A DNA stretch of 64,000 nucleotides from Patescibacteria group bacterium (lineage in GTDB: Bacteria; Patescibacteriota; Patescibacteriia; Patescibacteriales; JAQVLT01), in the NCBI GenBank assembly GCA_028704015.1, contig JAQVLT010000002.1, forward strand, positions 9,499-73,498. Reading direction: 5' to 3'. The notes under the pieces are model-generated. The model made no database searches, was not told the DNA's origin, and worked only from the letters and a program-made list of their open reading frames with translations. Below are positions 26,002-34,773 of this stretch, piece by piece. A program made the translations under genes and the position numbers. Each line of letters begins with the position of its first letter. Position 1 is the stretch's first letter.

Positions 26002-27090
26002 TCACGAGAGCGGAACTGGGAAAAGCAACCGTGAACCGTTCCACGGATTCACGACTTTCCCGTTGTTGTATTGGAGGTCATCGATTTTTTCGATGAGTTG
26101 GTATGGCCGCAGTTTTCGTGGCGCTTTGATGCCAAGGAAATCAGCGGCGTTCCAGGAAAGGAGTTCGGCAACCCGTTCTTTGGGAATACCGAACATCGTC
26201 GCCAGAGTTACCACCACTGGGACCATTTCCTGATTAGATGGTATGCCTGAGGCGCCGGCGAGTTTTTCCGCATCAAGGTGGCAGGCACTGTCTGATGCTA
26301 CCCACAGAAGCTGGTTTTTTGTCCAGAGCTGTCTGACGAGAAATTCGCGGTGCGGGGCTGGCCGCAAGCGATTAAGACAGTCGTAGAATTTTGGATCCAG
26401 CGCCGGATTCCAATTGGTGCCGTCACTGTCAAACCACAGATATTGCGGCATGAGTTCCATGGCAATCAGCATGCCTTGCGCCTGCGCCTCGAGAATCAGC
26501 TCGGCGCTTTCACGGCAGGAGACATGGCAGATCAACACTTTGACTCCAGGCATCATTTTGGCGAGGCGGATTATCTTGCGGACGTACTCAACTTCTGCCC
26601 GGATAGTGTACCCTTCGCTGACAATGATCTTGGGATCGTCGCAGTGGACGGCCACTACTTTGCCAGCGGCGCGTGCGAGTTTGAGGATAGAGGTAATAGT
26701 TTTGTCGCGCGCCACGCCGATTTGGGAGCCAGTAGTTACCGACTTGCCGGCTTCGTCACGGGGATAAATTTTTGCCCCGATGACAAAGTCGTTTTGGAGC
26801 GCCAGCTGGCACTCGCGCAAATTGTCATCCGTTGCCCCGAACCAAACATACTGCTTGGGCCAGATGCTCAGTTTGTTTTTGGCTCTGATGATCAGGCCCA
26901 AATACTCAGTGAGCCTTACTAGGCTGGTTAAAGGCAAGTCGGTGTTGGGCTGGAAGCAGGTGATAGAAATGTGGGCCAAAAGAGCTTCGTGCAAGACTTG
27001 TTCAAGGGTGGTTTTGCGCGCCTGTTTTAAGTCGCGGCCATGGCAGTGACTGTCAACGATTACCCAAGGAAGCCAAAATATTTGGAACAT
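26002..27090 (-). CDS. pyrC: dihydroorotase-like amidohydrolase
   Basis: Metal ligands DSHCH, AKIY (candidate carboxylated Lys), HCDD, CHVS, ASDSACH. SD gaggaggg. Confidence 0.65.
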   Translation of the reverse strand: MFQIFWLPWVIVDSHCHGRDLKQARKTTLEQVLHEALLAHISITCFQPNTDLPLTSLVRLTEYLGLIIRAKNKLSIWPKQYVWFGATDDNLRECQLALQNDFVIGAKIYPRDEAGKSVTTGSQIGVARDKTITSILKLARAAGKVVAVHCDDPKIIVSEGYTIRAEVEYVRKIIRLAKMMPGVKVLICHVSCRESAELILEAQAQGMLIAMELMPQYLWFDSDGTNWNPALDPKFYDCLNRLRPAPHREFLVRQLWTKNQLLWVASDSACHLDAEKLAGASGIPSNQEMVPVVVTLATMFGIPKERVAELLSWNAADFLGIKAPRKLRPYQLIEKIDDLQYNNGKVVNPWNGSRLLFPVPLS

Positions 27091-27185
27091 GCGTCCCTCC
27101 TCATGTGTGAAAGGTACGAAGTTAGAAAAATGTCTGTTATAATTAAATTAGTTTAAGTTTAGTTTCCTGTCAAACGCGAGTTTTT

Positions 27186-27917
27186 ATGCGAAAAATGAGT
27201 TTCCAAAATGAAAATTATTATCATATTTATAATAGAGGTGTTGATCACCGGGATATTTTTGGCGATGCCAATGATTTTGGCAGGTTTATCAGAAGTATGA
27301 GAATAATGAATAATAACTCAAATGAAGGACAACGTGATTATGTTTTGAGAAAAATGTTTAAAAGTGGTAAATATCCGGAGCTTAGCTCTGGGTACCCAGA
27401 GCTAAGCTCCTTAACGTCTGGTCTTTTTAATATTTTTAACCAGGAATTAAGATTAGTTGTAAGGAACTATTATAATTTTGTCGAAATAATTTCTTATTGT
27501 TTAAATAAAAATCACTATCATTTATTATTAAAACAATTAATTGATAAAGGCGTTGAAAAATTTCTCCACAAGATTGGCACTAGTTATACAAATTATTTCA
27601 ATTTGAGAAGTAAGCGTTCCGGCTCTCTTTTTGAAACCACTTATAAATCTGCTTATCTCGATACCGAAGGAAAAATTATTCGCGCGTCCACCTATATCAA
27701 CGGCAACCCGGAAATTCATAAAATTTGCCGGGCGGAAAATTGGCCGTGGTCCAGTTATTTAGATTATCTGGGGTTGAGAAGCGGCACGATGTGTAATAAA
27801 GAAATAATTTTAAGTCAATTTAGGTCTATTGAAGAATATCGGAAGTTTGTTAAGATGATTATAAGGGATGAAAAGGCGATTAAAGATGAATTGGAGAAAA
27901 TTGATGATAAATATTAG
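27186..27917 (+). CDS. HUH/Y1 IS200-like (RayT-like) transposase-family protein
   Basis: YHIYNRG strand, HUH motif NHYHLLL, Tyr region STYINGNP, NWPWSSYLDY tail. Carries an internal palindrome. Confidence 0.65.
   Translation: MRKMSFQNENYYHIYNRGVDHRDIFGDANDFGRFIRSMRIMNNNSNEGQRDYVLRKMFKSGKYPELSSGYPELSSLTSGLFNIFNQELRLVVRNYYNFVEIISYCLNKNHYHLLLKQLIDKGVEKFLHKIGTSYTNYFNLRSKRSGSLFETTYKSAYLDTEGKIIRASTYINGNPEIHKICRAENWPWSSYLDYLGLRSGTMCNKEIILSQFRSIEEYRKFVKMIIRDEKAIKDELEKIDDKY
27377..27410. repeat. family A palindrome inside the RayT-like ORF
   Basis: ggagcttagctctgggtacccagagctaagctcc is a perfect 34-nt palindrome. It encodes PELSSGYPELSS. Confidence 0.7.
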
Positions 27918-27950
27918 AAACTTAGTTTCGGGTACCCGAAACTAAGTTTC
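27917..27950. repeat. family A palindrome abutting the stop codon of the RayT-like gene
   Basis: gaaacttagtttcgggtacccgaaactaagtttc is a perfect 34-nt palindrome. Confidence 0.7.
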
Positions 27951-27961
27951 GTTAATTAAAA

Positions 27962-30097
27962 ATGTCCGACAAAAAACAACAACTCAAAGATCTTCTGAAA
28001 ATTCATTACGGCTATGATTCTTTTCGTCCTGGGCAGGAAAAAGCGCTGGATAATATTTTGGCCGGTAAAAGTTCAATTATTATTATGCCAACTGGCGGCG
28101 GCAAGTCTTTAATTTACCAATTACCTTCTTTAATCTTGGAAGGTGTCACTATTGTCATTTCTCCTTTGATTGCCTTGATGAAAGATCAGGTTGATTCGCT
28201 TACTCGCATCGGCATTCCGGCAACTTTTATTAATTCTTCCATTGGCATGGCAGAAGCTTTGGAACGTTTGGAAGCGGTAAAGAGCGGACATTATAAAATT
28301 CTCTACATCGCGCCAGAAAGATTTTATAATGAAGATTTTATTAAAGCGCTTAAAGAAATCGAAGTTAGTTTATTTGCAATTGATGAAGCGCATTGTATCA
28401 GCCAGTGGGGACATGATTTTCGCCCCAGTTATTTGAAATTAAAATATGCGGTTGAGCAGGCGGGAAATCCTACGGTAGTGGCTTTGACAGCCACGGCCAC
28501 TCCTGAGGTAAAAGAAGACATCGCGAAACAAATAGGATTGGTTGATCCCGAATTTATAGTCACCGGTTTTGGCCGGCCGAATTTACAGTTTGGCGTGATT
28601 CAAGCGAAAGACGCGGAGAAGTTCAGGCTGGTGGTTGATGCTGTTAACAGCGCGCCTGATGGAGCGGGAATAATTTACACGGGCACGAGAAACAAGGCGG
28701 AAGAAATCGCCCAAATACTTCTGGATCAGGGAATTGACGCGGTGGTATATCACGGCGGTATGGATGCGGAAGATAGAAAATGGGTGCAGGAAAATTTTAT
28801 GGCGAACAAAGCCAAAGTAATTGTCGCCACTAACGCTTTTGGGCTTGGCATCGACAAGCGCGACATCCGTTTCGTGATTCATTTTGAAATGCCCGGAACG
28901 ATTGAGGCTTATTATCAGGAGGCAGGACGAGCCGGGCGTGATGGCAAGCCGAGTTTTTGCCTATTATTTTATCACCCGCGCGATCGCTATCTTCAAGAAT
29001 TTTTTATCAAAGGCGACAATCCGCCGCCAAACATAGTTTTAGAAATTTATGAACTGCTTTTGAATTACGAAACCGACAATATTTTAATTACTTATGCTGA
29101 ATTGGCGGAAGGTTTGTCGGAAAAATTGCCGGAGATGGCGATTGGCACAAGTTTAAAAATTTTGGAACGTGAGGGATACATAACTCGTCCGAACGAGAAA
29201 GTCGGGAGCGCGTACTTGGAGTTAATTTCACGGCCCGAAGCAATTTTAGAAACGCTCGGGAAGCGCGCGAAAAATAGTATAGAAATTTTTAATAAATTAG
29301 TCGTTCGCTATCACGATGATATGACTAATGGTTGGCGTTTTAATCCCGATGAAGTGGCCGGCATTTTGGAAATTAACAAAGAACCGCTCATGCGTTTGGT
29401 GCGAAAAATTGCTGATGCCGGTTTGGTAAAATATGAACCGCCTTTTCGCGGCACAGAAATTAATATTCTTAAACGAGTAGATTCAAGCGAAATTAAAATT
29501 GATTTTTCCGCCATGAAAGCGAAACTAAGAAACGCCTACGATAAGTTAGATAGGATTGAAGACTATATTTACCATTTTGACTGCCGGCAGAAATATATTT
29601 TGGATTATTTTGGTGACGCGAACGCGCATGTCTGCGGCAAATGTGATAATTGTTTGACCGGTTCGGGCTATAAAAGAAAAAATCAGGCGCCGGAAAGAAA
29701 AAAAGAGGAAGAAAAATTTGATTATAAAAAATTTAGAAAGAAAAAAATAGCGGATGAGAGTGAGTTTGAAATTGAACCGCCAAAGAAGGGTGGGCTAAAT
29801 ACAAAATTAACCCAGCTGGAAACTTTGGACTTGTTTGTTAAAGGATCAAGTATTGATGAAATTGCCGAAGAGCGTGAACTTAAGCGTGATACGGTTATAA
29901 ATCACCTGTGTTTTTTAATTGAGAAAAAATTAATCAAAGATATTGATAAATTAGTAACACCGGGAATACAGAAAAAGATTTTGAAAGCGGTTGAGAAAGT
30001 TGGTGTTGAAAAATTAACACCGATCAAAGAAGAACTCGGAGACGAAGTTGGCTGGGATGAGATAAAGTTGGTGGTGGCGAAAGAACGAACGAAATAG
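27962..30097 (+). CDS. recQ: ATP-dependent DNA helicase RecQ
   Basis: [23 protein letters not shown], Zn-binding C...CGKCDNC, and a C-terminal HTH extension. Confidence 0.9.
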   Translation: MSDKKQQLKDLLKIHYGYDSFRPGQEKALDNILAGKSSIIIMPTGGGKSLIYQLPSLILEGVTIVISPLIALMKDQVDSLTRIGIPATFINSSIGMAEALERLEAVKSGHYKILYIAPERFYNEDFIKALKEIEVSLFAIDEAHCISQWGHDFRPSYLKLKYAVEQAGNPTVVALTATATPEVKEDIAKQIGLVDPEFIVTGFGRPNLQFGVIQAKDAEKFRLVVDAVNSAPDGAGIIYTGTRNKAEEIAQILLDQGIDAVVYHGGMDAEDRKWVQENFMANKAKVIVATNAFGLGIDKRDIRFVIHFEMPGTIEAYYQEAGRAGRDGKPSFCLLFYHPRDRYLQEFFIKGDNPPPNIVLEIYELLLNYETDNILITYAELAEGLSEKLPEMAIGTSLKILEREGYITRPNEKVGSAYLELISRPEAILETLGKRAKNSIEIFNKLVVRYHDDMTNGWRFNPDEVAGILEINKEPLMRLVRKIADAGLVKYEPPFRGTEINILKRVDSSEIKIDFSAMKAKLRNAYDKLDRIEDYIYHFDCRQKYILDYFGDANAHVCGKCDNCLTGSGYKRKNQAPERKKEEEKFDYKKFRKKKIADESEFEIEPPKKGGLNTKLTQLETLDLFVKGSSIDEIAEERELKRDTVINHLCFLIEKKLIKDIDKLVTPGIQKKILKAVEKVGVEKLTPIKEELGDEVGWDEIKLVVAKERTK

Positions 30098-30121
30098 CAC
30101 CGTCCAGCCATGATCTTCCAA

Positions 30122-30227
30122 AGGCGGACAAGATGGCCGGGCTATTTTATCAAAAAGCCCCATTAATGGGGCTTAATTTTTAGCCCAATCCATTTATGAT
30201 TGGGCTTGCCGGCAGGCAGGTTGGGCG
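30122..30227. repeat. two-hairpin intergenic element (family G), copy carrying a family B insertion
   Basis: Aligns by eye with 52214-52291 (gggctatttt..aaaagccc..gggctt..ttagcccaa.ccatttat..ttgggc). Has 21 extra nt at 30206-30226. Confidence 0.55.
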
Positions 30228-30323
30228 ACTTAATCAGCTTGAAATTATTGGTTAAAAATGATAAGTTTACTATATAAATAAGTCATCTTTTTAAGCTTCG
30301 CGAGAGTCTCTTAAATAAGACTT

Positions 30324-30719
30324 ATGCAAAACACAAATAATATGGGTAGTTTTATTGAAATTAATGACACTTTGCAACTGACAAAAGAACAGGGGTTTCC
30401 CAAGGTTTTGGATTATAAAAAACATCAAATAAAACCGTTTACCGCCGCTGATTTTAAAAATAAAATTTTTGAATTCAAAAACAAACCGCAAATTCGTTTA
30501 TACAAAGTGCCTCCGGTTCGTAATTTTTTGGTGCAGAACATCAACGGCCAATGGCTTTATTGGGGGCTAGTTCATATTATTGAAGTCCATCATGACAATA
30601 TCAAGCAGACCACTTCCGGGAAATTCAAAATAATTTATATTTACACCTCGGAAGAAATGAAATGCGCGCATAGAATAATAGATAGAAATAAAAAAACCGA
30701 TTTTTTGAAAGTAATGTAA
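30324..30719 (+). CDS. hypothetical protein
   Basis: ORF of 131 aa with no recognised motif. Confidence 0.45.
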   Translation: MQNTNNMGSFIEINDTLQLTKEQGFPKVLDYKKHQIKPFTAADFKNKIFEFKNKPQIRLYKVPPVRNFLVQNINGQWLYWGLVHIIEVHHDNIKQTTSGKFKIIYIYTSEEMKCAHRIIDRNKKTDFLKVM

Positions 30720-30727
30720 TTTGATTT

Positions 30728-31051
30728 ATGTATATTGATGGCGAGCAAACAAACAAAAAAATAGTCGGGCCGATGAATATCGCGGAATATAAAATTACAC
30801 CGCAATTCAGCGGAGCGCTCATTGAGATCGATGGCGATCACGGCAAAATTAAATGTTTAAATGAAGACAGAATTTATTATATTGTCGAAGGTGCGGGAGA
30901 TTTTTTTATTGAAGAAGAAAAATTTTCAGTAAAAAAAGACGATGTTATTTTCGTGCCGATGAATACCGTCTATAATTTCATCGGACGAATGAAAATATTT
31001 TTAGTTTGTTCGCCGGAATTTAAAAAGGGCGATGATGTCCATTTGGAGTAA
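30728..31051 (+). CDS. cupin-domain protein
   Basis: Cupin-like strands YYIVEGAGDFFIEEEKFSVKKDDVIFVP. Confidence 0.55.
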   Translation: MYIDGEQTNKKIVGPMNIAEYKITPQFSGALIEIDGDHGKIKCLNEDRIYYIVEGAGDFFIEEEKFSVKKDDVIFVPMNTVYNFIGRMKIFLVCSPEFKKGDDVHLE

Positions 31052-31182
31052 GTATTTTAACCAATTCTTGATTTTTTATATTTTTTAAATTATTGTTTAG
31101 ATAGGCAGGTTAACAGGAGGGACCAGTTCGGTCGCTCTTTTCATTTTTAATAACTCTTAGGCGAGAAAGGACGAGTTGTGCC

Positions 31183-32232
31183 ATGAAAAGAAGAATGACA
31201 TACGCGGACGCGGGCGTGGACGTTGAAAAGGCCGAAGGAACCATTTCGGAAGTAAGAGGGTTGGCGGCGAGCACTCTTATCCCGGGAGCAGGCGCAATCG
31301 GAGGTTTTGGCGCCGCTTTCGATTTGTTAGCCGGGGGCATGGAAGGAATGAGGAGGCCAATACTTCTGACTTCAACCGACGGCGTCGGGACCAAGTTGAA
31401 AATCGCCTTCGCGATGAACAAACACGATACGGTCGGCATCGATCTGGTCGCCATGGCCGCGGATGATGTGGCTGTCCAGGGAGCTCAGCTTCTTCTTTTC
31501 TTGGACTACTTTGCCACTGGCAAACTGGAGACGGGTGTCATGCTCGAGGTGATCAAGGGAATTGCGGAAGGGTGTCGTCAGGCCGGTTGTGCTTTGATCG
31601 GCGGAGAAACTGCCGAGATGCCTGATGCTTATCCGGCGGGAGAGTATGACTTGGCCGGTTTTGCCGTCGGCATCGTTGACAAGGATAAAATGATTGATGG
31701 CTCGCGGATCATTGCCGGCCACCAACTCATCGGTATCGCCTCCAGCGGACTGCACAGCAACGGTTACTCATTGGTGCGCAAGGTGGCGGCGAAAAAGAAG
31801 ATAGGCATCGACGGATATATCTCGGAGTTAGATAAAACCTGGGGAGAGGAGCTGCTGATTCCGACCAAGATCTACGCCAGAACCATCTTGAATTTGATTG
31901 GAGTGGTCAAGGTTTTTGGTATCGCCCATGTTACAGGGGGAGGGCCGATAAGAAATATTCCTCGGATTCTCCCCGATGGTTTACGAGCCGTGATCAAGCG
32001 CAAGAGCTGGGTGATACCTCCTGTTTTTTCGCTCATCCAGAAACTGGGTCAGATTTCCGAGCACGAGATGATGTGCACTTTCAACAACGGCATCGGTCTC
32101 GTGGTCGCCGTCCGAGAAGAAGATGTGGACTGCGCCTTGGCTTTTCTTAAGGGTCACGGCGAGCAGGCTTTCCATATAGGCGAGGTGAAAAAGCTCGGCA
32201 GGTTGAAGAACAGAGCGTGCCTCATTAATTAG
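31183..32232 (+). CDS. purM: phosphoribosylformylglycinamidine cyclo-ligase (AIR synthetase), GC-rich island
   Basis: YADAGVDV start, DGVGTK, GGETAEMP, HSNGYSL motifs. Confidence 0.85.
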   Translation: MKRRMTYADAGVDVEKAEGTISEVRGLAASTLIPGAGAIGGFGAAFDLLAGGMEGMRRPILLTSTDGVGTKLKIAFAMNKHDTVGIDLVAMAADDVAVQGAQLLLFLDYFATGKLETGVMLEVIKGIAEGCRQAGCALIGGETAEMPDAYPAGEYDLAGFAVGIVDKDKMIDGSRIIAGHQLIGIASSGLHSNGYSLVRKVAAKKKIGIDGYISELDKTWGEELLIPTKIYARTILNLIGVVKVFGIAHVTGGGPIRNIPRILPDGLRAVIKRKSWVIPPVFSLIQKLGQISEHEMMCTFNNGIGLVVAVREEDVDCALAFLKGHGEQAFHIGEVKKLGRLKNRACLIN

Positions 32233-32396
32233 GCGGAATAACCGCATACTCTCGTTCTTTGAATGGGGGCAGACCGCAAATCCGCCCTCTTTTATTTTTT
32301 TGAATAACGAGTAAAATGGAATTAGTAAATAGTAAACAGTAAATTGTTAAAATTATTCCCTGTTTGCTGATTGCTATTTACCATTTACTAAATTTT

Positions 32397-33101
32397 ATGG
32401 ATAAACAAACACAAAAACAACTTTTGAATATTATAAAAAAAGGATACGAAAAAGAAGCGGAAAAATTCAGCGAAACCAGAAAAAGACATCTTTCTCCTCT
32501 CTGGAATGGATTGGTTGAGATTGCCAAGGACATTAAAGAAGGGGATAAAATTTTTGACGCCGGTTGCGGTAACGGAAGATTATTGCAGATTATTGGCGAA
32601 AAGAAAATTGAATATCTGGGAGTGGATGCGAGCGAAAGATTAATTAATTTGGCTAAAGAGTTATACCCGGATTATAGATTTACTGTCAGTGATATTTTTG
32701 AACTTAGCAAATTGTCGGAAATTAATTTTGACTATGTTTTTTCCGTGGCAGTGCTTCACCACATTCCCGGAGAAGATTTGCGCGTGGCGGCTTTAAAACA
32801 ATTAAAAAATAAAATTGCCGACAATGGAAAAATTGTTATTGTTGTTTGGAATTTGTGGAGCCAAAAAAAATATCGAAAATTGATTTGGAAGTTTGCGCTT
32901 TTAAAATTATTCAAAAAAAATAATTTTGATTTTGGCGATATTATCTTTATGGGATGGATAGGCGATAAAAACGGCGGCAGTGAACGCTACTATCACGCCT
33001 TTACCCGGCGCGAGCTAAAAAGAATTTCTAAAAAAGCCGGCCTTAATATTGAAAAAATTTATAAAGATTCCCACAACTATTATCTTATTTTAAGAAAATA
33101 A
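32397..33101 (+). CDS. class I SAM-dependent methyltransferase
   Basis: Start moved to MDKQTQ. Motif I FDAGCGNG. Confidence 0.65.
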   Translation: MDKQTQKQLLNIIKKGYEKEAEKFSETRKRHLSPLWNGLVEIAKDIKEGDKIFDAGCGNGRLLQIIGEKKIEYLGVDASERLINLAKELYPDYRFTVSDIFELSKLSEINFDYVFSVAVLHHIPGEDLRVAALKQLKNKIADNGKIVIVVWNLWSQKKYRKLIWKFALLKLFKKNNFDFGDIIFMGWIGDKNGGSERYYHAFTRRELKRISKKAGLNIEKIYKDSHNYYLILRK

Positions 33102-33186
33102 GCGATAATACTCTTGATTTTAATAAAAAGTCGTGTTAGCATAATTTCAAACTCCCCCGAGGAGTTTTTATAGTAAAAGATAGTTC

Positions 33187-33261
33187 GCTTCCGTGGTGAA
33201 ATGGATATCACGCTTGGCTTCGGACCAAGAATTTCGGGTTCGAATCCTGACGGGAGCACCA
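33187..33261 (+). tRNA. tRNA-Arg (anticodon TCG), CCA encoded
   Basis: Hand-folded cloverleaf: acceptor gcttccg/cgggagc, D stem gtga/tcac, anticodon stem cttgg/ccaag with loop cttcgga, T arm tcggg ttcgaat cctga. Confidence 0.75.
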
Positions 33262-33341
33262 AGAGATTTAAGATTTTTGATTTGCGATTGTTGATTTTTG
33301 TTTAGATTTTAAATCGTAAATCATAAATTGTAAATTAGCGA

Positions 33342-33415
33342 GGCTGGGTAGCTCAGTTGGTTAGAGCGTAGCACTCATAACGCTAAGGTCGAGAGTTCGA
33401 GCCTCTCCCCAGCTA
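33342..33415 (+). tRNA. tRNA with CAT anticodon (elongator Met or Ile2)
   Basis: Acceptor ggctggg/cccagct, D arm gctcagttggttagagc, anticodon loop ctcataa, T arm gagag ttcgagc ctctc. CCA is not encoded. Confidence 0.75.
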
Positions 33416-33522
33416 CAAAGTCAACTTTTAACAGTTGACAATTGACAGATTGACAATTAGTTGCGAGTATTTTTTGTGTAATTAGTTAATTGTTAAATGT
33501 TAAAAGTCAATAGTTGTTATTT

Positions 33523-33595
33523 GCGCTCATAGCTCAGCTGGTAGAGCAGTTGCCTCTTAAGCAAACGGTCGCAGGTTCGAATCCTGCTGGGCGCA
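33523..33595 (+). tRNA. tRNA-Lys (anticodon CTT)
   Basis: Acceptor gcgctca/tgggcgc, D arm gctcagctggtagagc, anticodon loop ctcttaa, T arm gcagg ttcgaat cctgc. Confidence 0.8.
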
Positions 33596-33654
33596 CAAAA
33601 AATAAATTTCTACTTTACATTTTTTAAAAAACTGAGAATCTGCCGAGCGTGCGA

Positions 33655-33723
33655 GCGCCTGCCCGCCTCTGGAGGGAGGCATCCCGCGATTTGCGAAGCA
33701 AAGTAGCGGGACTGCTGGGCGCA
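33655..33723 (+). pseudogene. degenerate partial copy of tRNA-Lys (3' half remnant)
   Basis: ctgctgggcgcac (33712-33724) exactly repeats 33584-33596. tttgc gaa gcaaa mimics the Lys anticodon stem. No full cloverleaf can be drawn. Confidence 0.5.
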
Positions 33724-33736
33724 CGGAAATAAAAAA

Positions 33737-33771
33737 GCGGACTGATCAATTTTATGACCAGTCCGTTTTTT
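33737..33771. terminator. bidirectional terminator (tRNA cluster / GNAT gene)
   Basis: cggactg..tca / tga..cagtccg stem, flanked by aaaaaa and tttttt. Confidence 0.6.
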
Positions 33772-33780
33772 ATTATTTTT

Positions 33781-34272
33781 TTATTTAACAATCAGTAGCA
33801 TCGGCGTTTCGTTGCATTTTGGATGACCGGGGTAGCCGGCGTTTTTGGCGCACTTCACGCAATCGGTCCAAACTTTTGCCGGAAAATATGAAAAATTAAC
33901 GCAGGAAAAACCTATTTTTTCAAAAAATTTCGGGCTGGTAGACAGAGCGAAAAATTCTTTAATACCATGTTCCTTTCCTTTTTCAATACATTTTTTAATC
34001 AACTCTCTGCCCCAACCATTTTTACGATAATTTTTGTTAACCCAAAGAGAAATTATTTCCGCTTGTCGACTGGGCCAGATTTTTAGGCCGCAAATTCCAA
34101 TAATTTTATTTCTATCTTTGATAGTAAAATAGCCGAAGAGATTAACTAAAATGTCCGTTTCATTTTTAGAAAGTATATCACCGTATTTTTTTGTTTCCCG
34201 AGTAATTATTTTTGCGATTTCAACCGCGTCTTTCATTTTTGCGGGTTGAATGGTAGTTTCATTTTTTTTCAT
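33781..34272 (-). CDS. GNAT-family N-acetyltransferase
   Basis: Acetyl-CoA site WVNKNYRKNGWGRELIKKCIEKGKEHG. Cys-rich C-terminal tail. Confidence 0.75.
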   Translation of the reverse strand: MKKNETTIQPAKMKDAVEIAKIITRETKKYGDILSKNETDILVNLFGYFTIKDRNKIIGICGLKIWPSRQAEIISLWVNKNYRKNGWGRELIKKCIEKGKEHGIKEFFALSTSPKFFEKIGFSCVNFSYFPAKVWTDCVKCAKNAGYPGHPKCNETPMLLIVK

Positions 34273-34408
34273 AAATTATTAAACAAAAAAACAACCCCGG
34301 CGGAGGTTATTTTTTAACTGACTTTTATAATTATAAAATAACAAAACAAAAATTAGATGTCAAACAAAAAAACCGCCTCGGTAGTTATTGGGGCGGTTTT
34401 TTGTAATT

Positions 34409-34693
34409 TTATATTTTTCCTTTCAATGCGTCTTTCAAAGTTTTTCCGGTTTTGAATTTCGCCACTTTGACTTCCGGAATCTGAATGCGCTCGGTCGGTT
34501 TCTGCGGATTCACTCCGCCGCGGGCATGACGCGTGCGGGCAGAGAAAGTGCCAAAGCCGGTGATGGTAACTTCACGGCCTTCTTTCAGCTCAGCAATAAT
34601 AGTGTTGACCAAAAGATCAATCATGTCTTCCGCCTGTTTTTTTGAAACCTTTGTTTCATTAGATATTTTTTCAATTAGAGATGCTTTATTCAT
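34409..34693 (-). CDS. hup: HU-family DNA-binding protein
   Basis: MNKASLIEKIS...ITGFGTFSARTRHARGGVNPQKPTERIQIPEVKVAKFKTGKTLKDAL. Confidence 0.9.
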   Translation of the reverse strand: MNKASLIEKISNETKVSKKQAEDMIDLLVNTIIAELKEGREVTITGFGTFSARTRHARGGVNPQKPTERIQIPEVKVAKFKTGKTLKDALKGKI

Positions 34694-34773
34694 AGAAGAT
34701 ATTAGTTATTTGCGAATTTTCTCCCGTTAAATTCGCCGGTTTGGCGGAAAGCGGGAGTATGGGTCAAATAACT

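Noticed and set aside
33080-33262. A 60-aa minus-strand ORF.
   Set aside because: It overlaps tRNA-Arg, which folds into a good cloverleaf, and it has no start context.
33596-34300. A prophage or integrative element at tRNA-Lys.
   Set aside because: The two copies of the tRNA 3' end are only about 115 bp apart. No integrase or phage-like genes follow, only a GNAT, hup and ymdB. At most it is a scar.
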